Below are positions 40,088-53,619 of a DNA stretch of 64,000 nucleotides, piece after piece. Within the stretch, counting starts at the first letter, position 1. Every line of letters starts with the position of its first letter. The notes beneath the pieces are model-generated. The model made no database searches, was not told the origin of the DNA, and saw only the letters and a list, made by a program, of their open reading frames with translations. The stretch is from Tubulanus polymorphus. Its lineage: Eukaryota; Animalia; Nemertea. The translations under genes were made by a program, and so were the position numbers. The DNA lies in contig NC_134035.1 in NCBI RefSeq assembly GCF_964204645.1, forward strand, positions 5,952,001-6,016,000, given 5' to 3'.

Positions 40088-40741
40088 CTGGGGCTGGTTT
40101 TATTGACTGGTATTAATTCTAACCAATGGGCTAACTCAATTAATTTTCAATTGAGTACACCCCTAGGTCAAAGATGATACCAGGGCCCCGGGGTCTTCGT
40201 GGTAACTTCATTGTTGTAGCTAAGGTTTCAGTGTTGTTTGGAGAAAGACAGTGACCCCCCTTCCCAAATTTTATTCGTTGATTAGTAGGTTGATTTCATA
40301 CTCCTTAATTCGATTAATTTGGCAAAAAGATTATGGAAAAAACCAATTGATTAGTAATACAATGTATTTTGATGGTGAAAGTGATTACCCGGTAGTATTC
40401 AATGTATTTTCAAAGTGGAGGGAAAGTGATTGTGAACAAATTTGGGTTAGCCTTGCAGCGTGGTACCCAGCAGCCAGCGGTCTAGGCGTATGGGGTAATG
40501 GTACTGCCTAACCCACCAGCATGCATCATTCAAGTTAGATCAGGTGAATAATGATTGTACAATAGAGCACACACACACACACGGATGAAGAGACAGCAGT
40601 GTATGACAGACAGAGGTAGACAGACACTCCTAATGCTGCGTTGTGTTACAGTAGATCTCGGTTCGATGAGTCACTTATAAATCGTTATTACACGAGAATA
40701 AAGAAAATCCTTGCATTGTCTATCATTCAACCAGTCCTGCT

Positions 40742-41054
40742 TGACTGCTAGGTGAAGTCATCTTCCAGGCTGTTGTGGCCCTCCTGACTGCTAGCTGAAG
40801 TCATCTGCCAGGCTGTTGTGGCCCTCCTGACTGCTAGGTGAAGTCATCTGCCAGGCTGTTGTGGCCCTCCTGACTGCTAGGTGAAGTCATCTGCCAGGCT
40901 GTTGTGGCCCTCCTGACTGCTAGGTGAAGTCATCTGCCAGGCTGTTGTGGTGCTCCTGACTGCTAGCTGAAGTCATCTGTCCGGCTGTTGTGGCCCTCCT
41001 GACTGCTAGCTGAAGTCATCTGCCAGGCTGTTGTGGCCCCCCTTGACTGCTAGG
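40742..41054. repeat. 43-bp minisatellite (~7.3 copies)
   Basis: TGACTGCTAGGTGAAGTCATCTGCCAGGCTGTTGTGGCCCTCC. Confidence 0.97.
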
Positions 41055-41250
41055 TCCCTGTGAATGACGTAGAATTTTTTCTCAGATTGTCTTTTTATCC
41101 TGGGTACGAAACGTAAACCCGGATGACAGTATACTCAAAATATTCGACCATTTTTCCCATGATATTTTGGTAATTCTTACCGTGTTTACTATATATTACC
41201 CCGGAAGAAATTCAATCGACATTTTTGTATCATCTTGTTTGTATTTTCAG

Positions 41251-41351
41251 AAAATGATTTGATACGACTCGATCTTCGTCAACCGACCTGAGCATTTCAC
41301 TCACTATCAAGAGGCCTCGACTCGAATTAGAGCAGGATAAAGTAAAAATGG
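41251..41351 (+). other. Candidate 5' non-coding exon of the LNX gene
   Basis: Strong acceptor ttgtttgtattttcag| and donor G|gtaagt; next strong acceptor (ttcttttcgatag|) at 42174/42175. Confidence 0.55.
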
Positions 41352-41532
41352 GTAAGTCTTATCGTTCTATCTACCAATTCTAGTAATTTGACAGGTAAGT
41401 TGAGGTAGATGCCTAGAAATTCATCAGCTCCTTTAGGTTTGCTTCGATGACGATACTTATGAAAGAAATATTAATGGTGTTTAAAGTTGAACGAGGATAG
41501 GTAAATGAGTTGAGCTGGGGCCATGTGCTTAT

Positions 41533-41815
41533 AGCCGCGATCACACGACCATTTTTGGCCCCGGGCCAAATTTGGCCGGAACAACTGTTCACACGGTTGC
41601 CAAATTGGGCGAGCCTGTTTGGCCCGACCAAAAACGTCGTACCAGGCCCGAGCCAAATTTTAGCACCAGACAAATGATTGCGATGAAATGCAACTGGCAC
41701 CGGAAATGATCCACTTCGCTTTGTTTGGGCATTGTTTAGTATCGAATGAATGGTTTGCGTGTGAACGCGCTCTCTGATTTGGCCCGGGCCAAATCGTGTC
41801 CGTGTGATCGCGGCT
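41533..41815 (-). mobile_element. MITE family A, full copy
   Basis: Perfect 15-bp TIR AGCCGCGATCACACG / CGTGTGATCGCGGCT; TAT on both sides. Confidence 0.9.
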
Positions 41816-42266
41816 TATAACTGTAATCGAGCTAATATCGACACTTGGGCAGGTCGTTAACTTGGCTGGTGTTCGATTGAATGCATTCCAATTTAGGAAA
41901 GGCAAATTCCGGATTACAAACTCTCCACCGGCGGATTCTACTGGTTTACAGAATTCCCGAACAGAGAGCGCATTCTGTTGTGCGAAACAAATGCGCCAGA
42001 AGAGAATTCTAAAAATCGGTAGAGACTTTAATCGAAACCTGCCTTAACAAGATTTCAACTTTCTTTCCTTAAAAAAAATGAAGTAAATTGGTCATGATCG
42101 CTGCGAAACATTATATATCTATTCAGAAGCAATTGTATTTCTTTATATGTTTTGTTTTCTCTTCTTTTCGATAGTTTGACGTTTAGCGCATTGCGTAATT
42201 ACATTCGAATACATTCCATAAACCACGCAATAAGATATATACTCCACGAGCGGCGCCGAGAAAAAC

Positions 42267-42640
42267 ATGTCCAATAGCAATACGCCGCAACACTGTCCAT
42301 ACGAACCTACGACGAATCCAGCCTATCGAGAAGTCCTAACTTCATCGTCGTCGACGAAAACTTACACCCGTCGCCACCAGGAGGCGGTACTGTGCTACAC
42401 GTGCGGTCAGTTTCACGGCGCTCAACAGACGCATCTGTACGACTACAGCCAGACGGTCGACGACGATCTGTTGTGCCTGATCTGTTTACAGCCGCTCGTC
42501 GATCCGTTGGATACGAGATGCGGACACACGTTCTGCGACCGGTGTATCGGTAACTACCTCAAAATACAGCGCATCTGTCCGATCGATCGGCAGCCTCTCA
42601 CCGAACACGACTGTCAACACGCTAGTATTATGGTTCGAAG
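42267..42640 (+). CDS. LNX2: LNX1/2-like (ligand of Numb protein X) RING E3 ligase, first coding exon (partial gene)
   Basis: CYTCGQFH...HLYDY...VDDDLLCLICLQPLVDPLDTRCGHTFCDRC...CPIDR closely matches the LNX1/2 Zn-finger + RING (last ligand Asp); aaaaacATG context; AG|gtatgt donor at 42640/42641. Probably co-orthologous to LNX1 and LNX2. Confidence 0.92.
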
Positions 42641-43224
42641 GTATGTGTTACATTCCCTTTATAAATATTACGCAGATTTAAGTTTGGCGGCCACCTTTTC
42701 AATTTTACAGTTGCCCCTACCAGAGTGGGTGTCATTACTGTTAGTGTGAAAAATATCTGATTGTACCAAAATAATGCTTTATTTTCGATATATTTGCGCA
42801 GACCAAAAACTTCACTACATCAGCAGCCACAAACAATGCACAAATGCTGGCCCATTGAAATTCAGGCATATGGGGAACACCGACCATAGTACATTCATAG
42901 GCTTCGATTGAATTTCAGTGAAATGAATCAGTTTTAGATCACAACTAATCTGTGATAAAACGATAAGAGTAAAATCCCATGATAAATGAATTGCCAAAAA
43001 TGTTCAATGAGATATTCATTGTGTCAATGGATCTGAATACAATTATTTGCGTTGCAAGATGATAGTTAGTTTTACCGTTCAGAGATGGCAGTGCGGTCAT
43101 TACTGCTTCAATTTTGAGTACCCAGTATTGCTGATAGATGGCGAACGCGTTACATAAATTCATCGACAAGCGATTCGAATACTTAATTCTTGTCTAGGGC
43201 AATGACTGAAGGATTTAATGTAGC

Positions 43225-43420
43225 AATACACATAATATGCTGTGGGTTAAGCCGCCGGTCACTGGCCTCGTCAATCCAGGGTTTATGGGCTCAAACCCTG
43301 GTGGCCACAGAGGACCTAGGTCGACGGTTCTTCTCTGGTCTCTCTCCATTGGGAAAAAGAAACATTGAACCTGCTAATAATGCCCTGCATGGCGCTCAGC
43401 GGGTTGATGGAATTAAAAAA
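43225..43420 (+). mobile_element. Degenerate tRNA-derived SINE-like sequence
   Basis: B-box-like GGGCTCAAACCC, then TGCCCTGCATGGCGCTCAGC core-like motif and A-rich end. Confidence 0.35.
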
Positions 43421-43863
43421 GTAAAATTAATAAAAAAATGTTATGTTCAATTTACGAACCTAAAATTTAGCTCAGGAGTTAGCCGATTAAGTAACAATAC
43501 ATACGTTACAAGGACATGTCTACGCCCCCCTTGTGATCCCCCCACCAGTGATCCTTTCCCTCTGGCCCCCTACGGTCTGAGAGTTAATCCGATTTAATTA
43601 TCAACATATTTGTACGGCATTTGAGAGTAATGAGAAGCAACAAGTTAATTAAACGTCTCCTGACGTTTGAATAATTGTATTAGTCGTGTATTCACGTACA
43701 GATTCTTAGATCAAACAATCTAGGCCTAGTTGTTGTATGATGTCTTATATCTGTTCGCTCAGACACACGTGTATCCAGTGCAGCTTCTGTAAAACAAAGG
43801 GGGCAAAAAGGTCGAAAAGATTTTGCCAGGCTGATTTTCCTTTCGTTTATTTTTTCCCTTATT

Positions 43864-44003
<140 letters not shown>

Positions 44004-44128
44004 CCCGATTGTCATTATTAGTATTGAAGAGTATTTGGTTAGACCCTTCTGGTTGTTGAGGATCGCCTACTCGAAACTGTGTCGATTTTTGTATTAAGAG
44101 TGGACCAATTTGTTACCAGTATCTGGGA

Positions 44129-44206
44129 GCAGCCTCAGTAGCTCTTGTTGGTGTGATGCTGTTGTATCGGAGTGATAAAGCATCGGTTTCGAGTCCTGCT
44201 GGCTGC
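44129..44206 (+). pseudogene. tRNA-like / SINE head relic
   Basis: GCAGCC...GGCTGC terminal stem, TAGCTC..TTGG A-box-like, GGTTTCGAGTCC B-box-like; no valid anticodon arm. Confidence 0.35.
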
Positions 44207-44232
44207 TTACAGTGTGCTGGGAAATACTTTAA

Positions 44233-44603
44233 AGGGGCCCGCACACTAGCGTCAAAGCCGCTGCAAGGAGTATGCCGGCGTCAAAATCACCTAGTGTGCC
44301 GGGTGATTTTGCCGCTTGCAGCTTTGATGCCTGTATCTAACATGTTTGATATTTTTGTTGCGGCACGGCAAGTACGCCTGAGTGTGCGCCAAATTCCGCA
44401 TCAGTGCCGCAGGATTTAGCCGGATTTAGTTTCAACGCGCATGCATCGAGATTGTATTATTGATCGATTGGTCCCGTGACCTACAATAGTGACGGATGCA
44501 GCACATAAAGCTGCGTCATTTTTGCCAGTGTGCGGAAAAGTTTTCGGCGTCAACGTCGCGGCGTGGTTGTTGCGGCGACTTTGACGCTACTGTGCAGCCC
44601 GCT
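44233..44603. mobile_element. PIF/Harbinger-like MITE
   Basis: AGGGGCCCGCACACTAGCGTCAAAG / CTTTGACGCTACTGTGCAGCCCGCT; TAA on both sides. Confidence 0.8.
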
Positions 44604-47084
44604 TAAAGGCTGTGACCGTTCCGTCGTTGCGAGTAGTAACTCGAAATCTTCCCGCCTCAATTCAATTAGCCACCAACGAACAAACACTAACAGAAAATCT
44701 CAACAACTTATTTTTTTAGGCTTATTGCCCGTTTGATTGAAAGTGAACTATTCTGACCGCACAAAACCACCGGCTGTTTTGAGTCATGCCCTCTGGTGGT
44801 ATTTTGGTGCAGTGCTCACCGAATGACACGTACACTTTGCTCTATAGATATTAATGTATGTGTTGATGATTTGAACTGTATTCAACGTGCGTGCACTAGT
44901 TTCATCGAATCGGTTTAGTTCCGCGTGATATAGGCCCCCTTATAGTAACTGCAGAGCATGAGAATTCACCTGTAAATTGTAAACAGTATTAAATTACATG
45001 TTTGTTCATTAATTTGCTGCGATTGATTTTCGATTAAAGGATCCTGCCAATCGCTCGCTCGTCACTGGATGCTGCCGCTGTTTCGGTCAACTATTTCAGT
45101 ATTGAACGTACATGATTACGCATAGATTTTACACCGCGCTGCGTTTTTGTTCGCTCGTAAAAAAAAAATCAATCGACGATACCGTTTAAATGAGTACGGT
45201 TAACTCTCGTCTCCTTACCTTCGTCGCCGCGTGTTTTTATATTATCGCGGATTAATCGCAAAATTTCATATCCGTCGAAAATAATCGACGGGAATCGATG
45301 CGCGACCTCGGGTTCTGAACTATTTCCAGTATGTGTGGGAGTTCACCTTAATGTAGAATGCATCATCGATGGAGAGAGGGAGCGAGGGAGGAAGGGGGTA
45401 GCGAGGGGGAGAGGATGATCTAAACCGTGGGAAAATAATCAACAACAATGATAGTAGGTCCGTATATAGCGGCTACCAATGCGCCGCGCGCCGCAAATAA
45501 ATAAACATGTTTAAATGGCGCGGACGCCGCGGTTGTAAAGTTTCCGATATACTAATTCCCCCGGCCACCACTAGGGGGAGCGATTTCGTCGAGTTGATCA
45601 CATTACCGCGACGTGGTAACGCTACGCGTAGATATAAAAGGTAGGACGAAGGCGAATAGTTGCGTAATTTTGTATCGTTTCTTTCGCTCGACGCGTATCA
45701 ATTATTTATACGCATTTATTGTCGTTTTGCTGATAGAATTCGGATCAGCCGAATATGTCGGTTGTTTTTTTAAGATGGCTACTGGGATGAGACGTTTATG
45801 TAATGTAAAGTAGTTTTAAGGTGCGTTTTATTACTATTCGTTGTGGGCCGGAATGGATCAAGATGAATAGTATAACTGTCTGTGCCGTGTATAGAATCTT
45901 ACCTTTTCGTGATATTGTCGTTTATGGGCGCGCATTTGGACTAGGTATACACGTAATATATATTAATGATCTCGTATTTTTTGAGATGCCAAGTGAAAAT
46001 AGATACTGAGATGTTTGATACTGGTAATAGCAATGATTTATTTTTTGATGTAGCGCCGTTTACTAATTGAAATTAATCTCAGGGCTCTCCATACAATATA
46101 AAAACATCATAAAACATCGAGATATGAGATATTTACGTTTCAAATGTTGTTCTAAGATTTAGATTTATAGGTACGTTTCATAAGCATCGTAGATAAGTAA
46201 AGCATAGAATTCCATGGATTAGGAGCTGAGATTTTAGATATCAGTAATCAGTATTTTTAGGTCAGCCGTAGGCTGAGGCGGATACTATATACAAAGGGAG
46301 CGAATTTAAATGACATGGTTTTCAGATGAAAAGGCTTTTTCGCTGTGCAACTGAGGATATATTCATACAAATTGTGCATTCAAGTTTTATCCATTCTCCA
46401 ATTCATCGGAATCTGTATTTTGAAAAAGGGCCTCGTTAAAATTTATAGGAGGTTTTTCACGAAAATTTGAACGCAAAAATAGGTATCAGTTTTAAAGGCC
46501 AATCAGAAGGTCTACTCTGTTGTTGGCTTCGAAAGGTGTTCACGTGAACCCGCAGTATTTTCTACTGTTTTACTTCCGGGTTTTATTTTTAAGATTTAAA
46601 ATCTCAAGATCGATTTCTGTAAAATCTATTTTAGTGTGGAGTAATTTTAATTTGCACTACGAAAAATTCATCCTTTACAACTTGCGTCAGGTTTGGGAGA
46701 AATGGCTTTTTCCCAAATTGGATGGATGACCTTGATGCTATTTAGCCATGCGCTCCAATTATCAAATTTTATTCTGCAAAATAATATCAAATCCAATTAA
46801 ATTTTATTGAACAAAACTTCAAATGAAATTCGATTTTATTCCCGCATTCAAATCAATAAGACGAAGGGAAAAGATTGATCGGAAATATTCCTTTGTGCGG
46901 TTTTTGCTACTTATAAAAACCTCTGTATTGTGTTGTAAATTGTAATGAGCTGGCAGTGTATTTTGAAAAATACAACCCACAGATTGAATCATTTAAAAAA
47001 AGCAAATGTGACGGCTGGCCATAGTAAAGCAAATGGCCATAGTGCCATTTGGGGCTCTTATTTTTTCATAGGTCATGATGCTGT

Positions 47085-47310
47085 GTGATGGTTCAACCAG
47101 CAGTGGGATAGCTCTACTTCATGATGGTTCCAAACAGCAGTGGGATAGCTCCTCTTTGTGATGATTCCAATCAGCATTTGGATAGCTCCACTTCGTGATG
47201 GTTCAACCAGCAGTGGGATGGCTCTACTTAATGATGCTTCCAACCAGCAGTGGTATAGCTCCACTTCATGGTGGTTTCAACCTGCAGTGGGATAGCTCCA
47301 CAGCCATGAT
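47085..47310. repeat. ~37-bp minisatellite (~6 copies)
   Basis: TGATGGTTCAACCAGCAGTGGGATAGCTCCACTTC(A/G). Confidence 0.9.
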
Positions 47311-49130
47311 GCTAACTCATCACATAGTTGATGATGAACCTGGTTTTTTGGTACGAATCTAATGTGGACTCTTAAACCCTCGGTGTTTGAGGCGTGATTA
47401 CACGCGTGCGCCGGCAATCTTGTCAATTTTAGATTGCTTTGATTTCGCAGTAGTGGCAATGATGTTTGGGTTAACTCGAGGTTTTTATTGGCGGTGTATT
47501 TTTTTATAGTAGACTCATGATTACTTGACGTTGTAATCTTGTTTACGTAGCACTCTGTCTCTAATGGATACATACGACAGTGTGAGGGACGACGGCCGGG
47601 TGCGACTAGCGCGGCGCCGGTATCGTCGTCGTCGCCGTCGTCCTCGGTTTTCCTTAGTCGACTTTATTTATCAGCGTTTACCGATAAGAACTGTGATACT
47701 CCGCTGACCAGGGTATCAATCCACAGCTTAGAACACGCTACCCTTCCTCAAAAACCTACCCATGACATACTGTAAGTTGATAACCACCTCAAGTTAGCTG
47801 AAAAATGTGTTAAGAGGTTTTGCTTCACGGTAAAAGGTTCAAATTACCCGCACTATGACACAAACTGTATTTTACCTGAGTGGGTTGGCTGTCAAACTAC
47901 CGGCATAGTAAATCGGATATAAAGTCATCCATCAAAGTTGTACCGCTAGAAATTGTGCAGCTGAAATGTCGAACCCGCAATAAAATACAAAGATATAAAA
48001 CTGAAAAATGCGTATTCAAAACATCACTAAAACTCTAATAGACCTAGCCCTAGGTGAGGTGACCAATGACATCGCATTCACTCAGTACTACCAGCTAACC
48101 CTAACTCTAGGTGACCGTTAGAGGCTACCATAGCAACAGGCCAGCCAATCAGAACTAAGCTTACATGAACTAAGGTTTTTGCGAAATGACCTTGACACCG
48201 TTTCATAAATGAACTGTCAGCTTTGAAACTGAACATGTCAGCACGTACTTCCTGGCTCAAAGCTTCGAAGTCAGGATCGAATCCTTAGTCTTGAATAAGA
48301 TGTAGTTTCTTCAGTCATGTCCTTTAAACTAGCAAACAACGGAAACAAATGATTAAATTTGAAGTTGGCACCGGTTGCAGCTTTCTGGCTCGTCAAATAA
48401 CGATGACCTGGTTTTCAACGGAGGAGGTCCTTACCGATAAAACTTCGAACGCTATGAGTAGAATGTCTAGGTTTTGCGCGCGAGACTTCAACAAATTGAA
48501 TCAGTCGAATATAGCTAATTCGCGGCGATGGGGCATTATAGACTCTTAAACTCGATCTATTAAACTGATACATAGTGACAGTTTCGCTCACTTCCCGGTC
48601 TCGTGGAACCGTTTAAAAGCCGCCGTCACGTTTCCGCACACTTTCTGAGACTCGTAGATAAAGACGTGATTCTTGCGCGTAGCGCGAGTTGAAACTCGAT
48701 TATCGAAGTCGAATCGTAGTCGTCGACACATTTTCGGGACGAACGAAATAGAAAAAAGCGACGTGAATATTTCCAGATGTGAATTTCAGGTGAAGTAGTT
48801 CCCGGAGATTTTCTCTCTCGGTCGTTTCGCGTCGTTCTCGTCGAATTCTAGAACGATCCTGCCCGGATCGACGGCTCGTAAACACCTGATGACAGATTCC
48901 ATTATCTATGATACGAAAAATACGATTATTGACGATACACCAATATTCTAGGGTTGTGATTAGTTTGAAGTAAACCATTTTGATCGAAGCAATTTTGTTT
49001 GTTTTGTATGGTGTGGACATTTTGATAATGATAATCATGATGATATTAATTTTGCCATAATGAGGACCTGTGCCACCAGCTATCCCGCTAGGTGGCGTGC
49101 GTGGCAGTGCGACAACCCTGTCTAAATCTT

Positions 49131-49432
49131 AGGCGCACTTGTTTGAAATCGGTTTGCCCAAACCGTTTCGGTTTGGAGGAAAATCGCCTTTGTTCATATC
49201 AAAACCGGTTTGCATAAACCGGCGTCTTTGTTCAGGTGTTAACCGACTAAACAGCATTGTGAGCGGTTTGCAACATCAAACCGACTTTTCCAACTTGGCC
49301 GAATAAGGAAATTTCCGGCTTAAACAGGCTTTTTCGTTCTGTCGCATTTGTTCACTCTACGGCAAACCGGTTTATGATGGAATGAACCGATGTCAACCGG
49401 TTTATACAAACCGATTTTAAACAGATGCGCCT
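49131..49432. mobile_element. Harbinger-like MITE with AAACCG sub-repeats
   Basis: AGGCGCACTTGTTTGAAATCGGTTTG / CAAACCGATTTTAAACAGATGCGCCT; TSD unclear. Confidence 0.75.
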
Positions 49433-50506
49433 GTAGTTCATTTTTGCTTGACTTTCATCTAGATTTTTAGCCTCCCTCATCAGAGATAAGGCAAATTGGG
49501 CCTCTTGATGAACTCGGATTGATCATTAGGATTCGTGTATAGTACGATTTTTATCGTACATAGAATATCCTACATAGATCTTAATTGAATCTGAGAAGAG
49601 TATCCGGGTGTTGTTGTCTGAATGGGCACTAGCGACACCTGGTGGATCCTCGCTAGCCACAGTCAGACATAGAGTCCTCATTCCATATACAATATGCTCT
49701 TTGTCATACAAATTAAGACAACAGATACAGCATAAATAAACCTAAGAATAAGTTATAGTCTCAGAGAACTGCGGTATCCTAGGTATGGTACATAAAATAG
49801 TGAAGTAAAGAATTTGTATCGGGTCCCTGTTGCGGCTGTATTTGTAAAAAGATGTGAGTTAACTTGAGGTTTGAGAGCATCTGAGGATGGACTCGCTTGT
49901 AATTGGATAGGTTACCTTTTCCAAAGAAATGGCGTACAATAGTATTTTTTTGCCGTGGAATAGTGTGTCCCCTACCGTTAGAGCGAGGAGAGTGGAGAGA
50001 ACCTTTTTAGTACGTGATCTGAAATACTAATGTAACCATCGATGATACATTCTATAAATAATAGATTCCATCCGCGACCCGTAAAACTGACCAAACGCTA
50101 AGTACTACTTACAGAATCAATGACAAGTGTCCCCGCAGATCAGCTCGTACGTTGTTTGATTTTATGCATAGGTTGAATATTAATTATTGACTCTGTGCTA
50201 TGACATTGCGGTTCATGTTCGAAATAATTAATGACTGTAACTGTAAAGGTGATAAAACACATTTTTACATGTAAACCATATACGAAAATGGCCCGAGGTG
50301 TCGGCCCTTTATAAGAAGTTTCTTAGCTAAGTGAATCCTCAAAAATGTCCTATCGGCGCTGTTGATTTTCATATGAACTGTTTGTGAAAATTGCATTTTA
50401 TGGTATTCAAAACTCGCTCAGCAAATTGAAAATTTCATTTTATGTCTCTCAATGATCTGAAAGATATCACTGGGAACCAGGAAATTATTCATGAAGGGAC
50501 AGTTCG

Positions 50507-50715
50507 GGTATTGGAACCATAGCCGGTATTGGAACCGTGCCTGTACTGTTCCGGTATTGTTGGAACTGTACTAGTATTGGAACTGTTCTGGTTTTGGAAC
50601 CATACTAGTATTCGAACTGTACCAGCATTGGAACAGTTTTAGGACTGTTGGAACTGTCCAGGTGTTGGAACTGGGCCTGTAGGCCTATTAGAACTGTTCC
50701 GATATTGGAACTGAT
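50507..50715. repeat. Degenerate ~17-20-bp tandem repeat
   Basis: GGTATTGGAACTGTTCC variants. Confidence 0.8.
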
Positions 50716-53404
50716 TCTATGGCGTGCTGGCCTTCAATAAGTAGGCCTACACACTCAATCACAACTATAACAATGAGTTCAATCAATTTCTAACAAAGGC
50801 CAGAATGATGATTATGAGGGATTGGTGGGGATTGGTACTCGAGCAGTTTCTTATTGTTGATTCTACGTTCCATATATCATTCTCCCTCTCTCCTTTACTC
50901 TCCTCCCCCTTTCCTTCTCCCCCTTCTCCCTTCTCCCTTCGCACTGATTTGCGAGACTGTATAAGTGTCGATTTGTGACGTGTCCCTGACATTTATTGAA
51001 AGTCACCAGGGAGTAGTTTTCTATAGGTTGTGATATAATTACCTGTTTGCGTTTGCTCAGTGAAAAATGTGATGAATTATTTATGGGCTGATGACACGTA
51101 CGGGAAAATACCCGGTCTTGAAATGCAGTCCTGAAATGTCGCCTCGAAATGCCGTCCCGCTATATTGTGTGCAGTGAATGTGCTAACTATAAATGTGGCG
51201 GTATAATGTGATATACAGAGCTGTGTGACACTTTCGGTCACTATTTTGACTCAAATCTAGGAGATATGTCGAGGGATTTTTCGACTAACATTTGGGCTCA
51301 AATATAGTCTTACAATTTATGTGACACTACTATTCTAATATATATCTGGTTTTGAATCTCACGGAGAGATAGATGTGACTAATTTGTCAAAGGATTTATC
51401 AAATTGCGTGAATAATATCAAACATTTGAACGAGATTACGATATATATTTTCAGTGCGTATATTTTCCCGGTATATGACAGATATAACCGTAGTTATAAC
51501 ATCACGCGTCATTCGGTGCAGGATTCCTCAGATACCTGCTGAGTTCATTCAGCATCTGTTTCGCTGATTTTCTTTTGTTTCGAAATTCTGTCCACATCTG
51601 TTGTTTCATCGTTCCCATAAAAATCTAACATAAAAATCTAACGACTATATATGAGTAACTTGACATGTGTCTGGTGACTGTACTGACTGAGCTGTGTGGG
51701 GGGGGGGGGGTGTGAAACATGATTCATGTCTGTCTCACTGACTTATATACAATGTGTTAATTGAAATAAAATTTAACGACTTTAACACAACATTCGATAC
51801 ATTCATTCATCTACATTCATTCATCGCGTGAAATAAGAAATATGATTTTAATAGTCTGTCGATCCACAGCGTTGTGTCTAGCTGCACCAGTGATAACGGC
51901 TGATTAAGAAACTGAGCTCATTGATTCGGGCCATTCCCGATTGTTATTAGTCGACCGGAGTAACTAGCGCGATAGCGTGAATGCAGCTATTGATTCGCGG
52001 TACGAACTGTAGATGGAGCGATCGTCGGTCGTACAGATGTTCGTTCATTCATAGATATCGGCGTTCACCGCTCTCTCTCTCTCTCAGCCGCCGGTGTACA
52101 GTATAGTTTTTACTACAACCATCCTGTCGCTAGCCGACTACTACTCTACTGATTACTGTCTGGATATAAAACCATCAGATTCGATGATAAAAAGTTGACA
52201 CCGCATCGAAGACGACGACGAGTCCGATCGGGATCTCGTCTGACGAAAATTACAAATTTCATTTGAGAAATTTTTACCGAAATATCGCCAGTTTTAGCGT
52301 GGAATTAGATACGTGAATTTCTCGTCGATTTTACCAGATTTTCGTCGTCATCAACGCCAATGGTATTATCGGTTTCTAGAAAACTTTCTGGAATCGTCGA
52401 TTCTTCGATCTCGGTGGAATCGTCAATCGTGGCGACATAATTCTCGGATTCACACGCGGTTTTCACTGTCGCGCCATTTCAGTCGAGCACGCGCATGCGA
52501 CAGGTCATAAACTGTTAAAACTTTTAAAAAATAAATGGTTTTAATAAAGCATGACTTCAACCGATGAGACTGTTTAAACGATAGAACTTCTTTTCTCACG
52601 TGTTTGAATACCGGTTGTAAAAGCGTGTAATGTTTAGAGCGGTCGGTCGTATATAATGTTAAGGACACTGGTATCCGTGCTGGGGATCGGTTTTAACGCG
52701 CGAAGGATTATGTGGGCACGCCGTGATCGTTAGCGGATCCATTATCAACCGGGCGGTTTTTATTATCAATCGACGTGCGATTAAAGATCAGTAGTAATTA
52801 TTGCTTATTTATCACATTGAGATGTTACCGCTCGACGGTTGTCAACGGTTGCGGGGTCTAACGCCGCGATAACAATAGCCAAGGCGTGAGCGTGGAGTCG
52901 GCAAATATCATCATCATCGGTGGATTTAGGATTAAAGGATTATCAAGAGATTAGCGATTGCGATGGAAGTTTGTTTGAATGCTGAAAGGTTAGTAAAATC
53001 GGAGGCAACTTACTTATCTTGAAACAATATTCAGCTTGGCTCCGGGCTTGGGGGAGGGGTCTAATTGCACGTTTGATGATATTGTACTTTCGGGTGAATA
53101 TGCTGTTACCTTTTAGTCAACATTGTCTCAATATTCTGTTTCAATGATTAGTTGTCGGGAGCTGAACTGAATCTGTCGATACCATCGATTTCATATACAT
53201 GTTTATCAGCTGAAGTCAAACAGTTATACTATTTAATGTGATTTATAACAAGGCGATATAAATGATTAAACCATTCCTGATTGTTAGGGATGGTCCTGAC
53301 GATCTATTCTTATCCGCAGGGCGAAAACCATATTGAAGAAAACAAACAAATGCCATCTCTGATGAAAATATCTCGGTGTCTAATCTTAGTTTGATTAAAT
53401 ATGA

Positions 53405-53540
53405 CCCTGTTATCGGATCAACCCTGTTATAAGGTCAGCCCTATCACTGGATCACCCCTGTTATCAGATCACCCCTGTTATAAGATCAGTCCTGTCACTG
53501 GGTCAGCCCTGTTACCGGATCAGCCCTGTTATCTGATCAC
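53405..53540. repeat. ~17-bp tandem repeat
   Basis: GATCA(G/C)CCCTGTTAT variants. Confidence 0.85.
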
Positions 53541-53619
53541 AATATTATAAAATTATGAACCTCTAAACAGGATTGATACATGTAAATCAATCATACATGT
53601 TACTCCATAGTTACATTAG

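Noticed and set aside
40742-41054. Regular repeat arrays as CRISPR (also 1-245, 56318-56832)
   Set aside because: Head-to-tail units without unique spacers, no cas genes, eukaryotic context
42641-42749. C-terminal YVLHSLY...LLLV of the 160-aa ORF as coding
   Set aside because: Similarity to LNX ends at the AG|gtatgt donor; this is intron read-through
44129-44206. Functional tRNA gene
   Set aside because: No proper D or anticodon arms; at best a SINE head relic
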